This document shows, piece after piece, positions 62,709-64,000 of a DNA stretch of 64,000 bases. Both the position numbers and the translations under genes were made by a program. The number at the start of each line of letters is the position of its first letter. The first letter of the stretch is position 1. Source of the stretch: Naegleria gruberi (taxonomy: Eukaryota); the NCBI GenBank assembly GCA_000004985.1, contig GG738873.1. One strand, 5' to 3'. The notes under the pieces were generated by a model that was not told the origin of the DNA, did not search any database, and saw only the letters and a list, made by a program, of their open reading frames with translations.

Positions 62709-64000
62709 ATGAGAGAACCAACAGTATCGTATCTCCTTCCCTATCCCAACAACAAGATCAAAGCACATCGATTCGGAATCAACAAATTAATTTATTGTGG
62801 AGAGAATCAAACAGATAATGATCATCATGAATATTTGCTGTCTGGAGGAAGAGATGGTACTATTAAATGTTGGTCTTTAAATAATGTAGGAAAACAAACA
62901 TCCATACAATCATCACCTTTATCATCATCGAGTCCATCATCATCTGATCATCATCATAAATATGTATTTAGTTTGGAAGAGCATGTAGATTGGGTAACCG
63001 ATATGATTTTACTTGCAGATAGACATCATTTAATTAGTTGCAGTCAGGATAATACTCTAATGTTGTGGGACGTTGATATAAATGATCCGAAGCATTGCTT
63101 AACATACAGGTTAGTATAATTTGGAGAGTGGATGAAAAATAATAATTATTTGATTAGAACACATACTGATTATGTTACTTGTTTGGCTGCTCCAACAAAT
63201 CATTCAGGACAAATGACCTGTTCAACATTTTGTTCAGGAGGTCTAGATTGCTCTGTATTTGTTTGGGATGCTGAAAGGTTATGCTCAATAAGATCATATT
63301 TTGAATCAATTAGTAATAATATAGTTAGTAATCAACAAGTCAATAATCAAGAATTTGGCCAAAAACCTTTCCAACAATATGATATTCAGAGCTTGCAAAA
63401 TTATTATCCTCCTCATCTTAACCCTCAACCAAAGCATAGCGTCTATGCCCTTGATATATCAACATGTGGAAATAATGGTACATTAATAGAACAGCACATG
63501 TTGGTAGCGGCTGGATCTACTGACCAACTTGTTAGATTGTACGATTTGAGAACTTCATCAAAGGTTGGTAAACTAAGAGGCCACAAGGATAATATTAGAT
63601 GCCTTAAATTAACAACAGATGGAAAAAATTGCATTACTGGATCAACAGATGGTACAGTTAAATATTGGGATTTAAGAAACCAGAGATGTTTACAAACATT
63701 CTCTTTCAATTCCTCAAAAACCTCTACTAACGCATCAATTTGGACCCTAGAGTTTGATCCATTCGACACAGATCAAGCCTCTTTTACAATTGGAACCAGA
63801 GATGGTTTTGTATATTATCTTGATGCAAAGAATAAGAAGATGTGTACTGTTGCAGATTTAAATTCAATGACATCTCAATCATTTAACAAGCATTCAGTTC
63901 TTTGCACTAGTATTGCTCCAAAAGGTGGAAAATTATCGAGCACAATTTGGGTTGGATCTACTGATTCAAATATTTATGAGTTCGAGTATGGTAAATTAGT
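62709..64000 (+). CDS. wdr48: WD40-repeat protein, WDR48/UAF1-like. join(62709..63109,63158..64000); the 3' end runs off the window.
   Basis: ATG follows an A-run. Exon 1 encodes GGRDGTIKCWSL...EEHVDWVTDMILLADRHHLISCSQDNTLMLWDV and ends TYR at a GTTAGT donor. A 48-nt intron leads to exon 2 (THTDYVTCLAAP...GSTDGTVKYWDLRNQRCLQTF), which stays open to the window end. The repeat order matches WDR48 (EHHTDWVNDIVL..., RTHKDYVKALA...). Confidence 0.75.

Noticed and set aside
63443-63769. 108-aa minus-strand ORF
   Set aside because: It is antisense to the WDR48 exon 2, whose frame is open and homologous throughout.
1-64000. Mobile elements, CRISPR arrays, prokaryotic operons
   Set aside because: I found no reverse transcriptase, transposase or integrase-like ORFs, no terminal inverted or long terminal repeats, and no spaced direct-repeat arrays. 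The only repeats are the two 5S genes, the 113-bp duplication at the tRNA-Asp locus, and simple microsatellites.

Overview
This looks like eukaryotic nuclear DNA from an AT-rich protist. Across 64 kb I can support about 33 protein-coding genes on both strands, two dispersed 5S rRNA genes, one tRNA-Lys(CTT), one disrupted tRNA-Asp(GTC), and no recognisable transposon or CRISPR. The organism assignment is inference only: most genes carry an A-run directly before the ATG, proteins contain N/Q/S low-complexity tracts, introns are very short (31-142 nt, with donors GTAAGT, GTATGT and GTTAGT), and the gene set has an amoebozoan, dictyostelid-like flavour. The six-frame track starts ORFs at TTG or GTG as well as ATG and ignores introns, so I re-derived several gene models by hand. 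The result is that many adjacent ORFs are exons of one gene (MAEA, thioredoxin-domain protein, ACP5-like phosphatase, SAM-PPPDE protein, F-box-ankyrin protein, WDR48, RPS6, ABCD transporter, a small GTPase). One gene lies entirely below the 60-aa ORF cutoff (a COX6B-like twin-Cx9C protein). The features I find most interesting are these. First, a ZZ-finger, ACSL-type adenylation, carrier (PCP) and thioester-reductase multidomain enzyme. Second, two different genes that fuse an F-box to a Ras-superfamily GTPase whose catalytic residues are substituted; at least six F-box genes plus a MAEA RING and a U-box protein make the window rich in E3-ligase adaptors. Third, a 2,240-aa signal-anchored protein built from roughly 19 bacterial-style cadherin-like (VCBS-type) repeats and a C-terminal vWA domain. 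Fourth, a tRNA-Asp gene split in its T-loop by a ~180-bp tandem duplication. Fifth, a ribosomal S6 gene whose coding sequence has no ATG of its own and seems to borrow one from a 5' exon.
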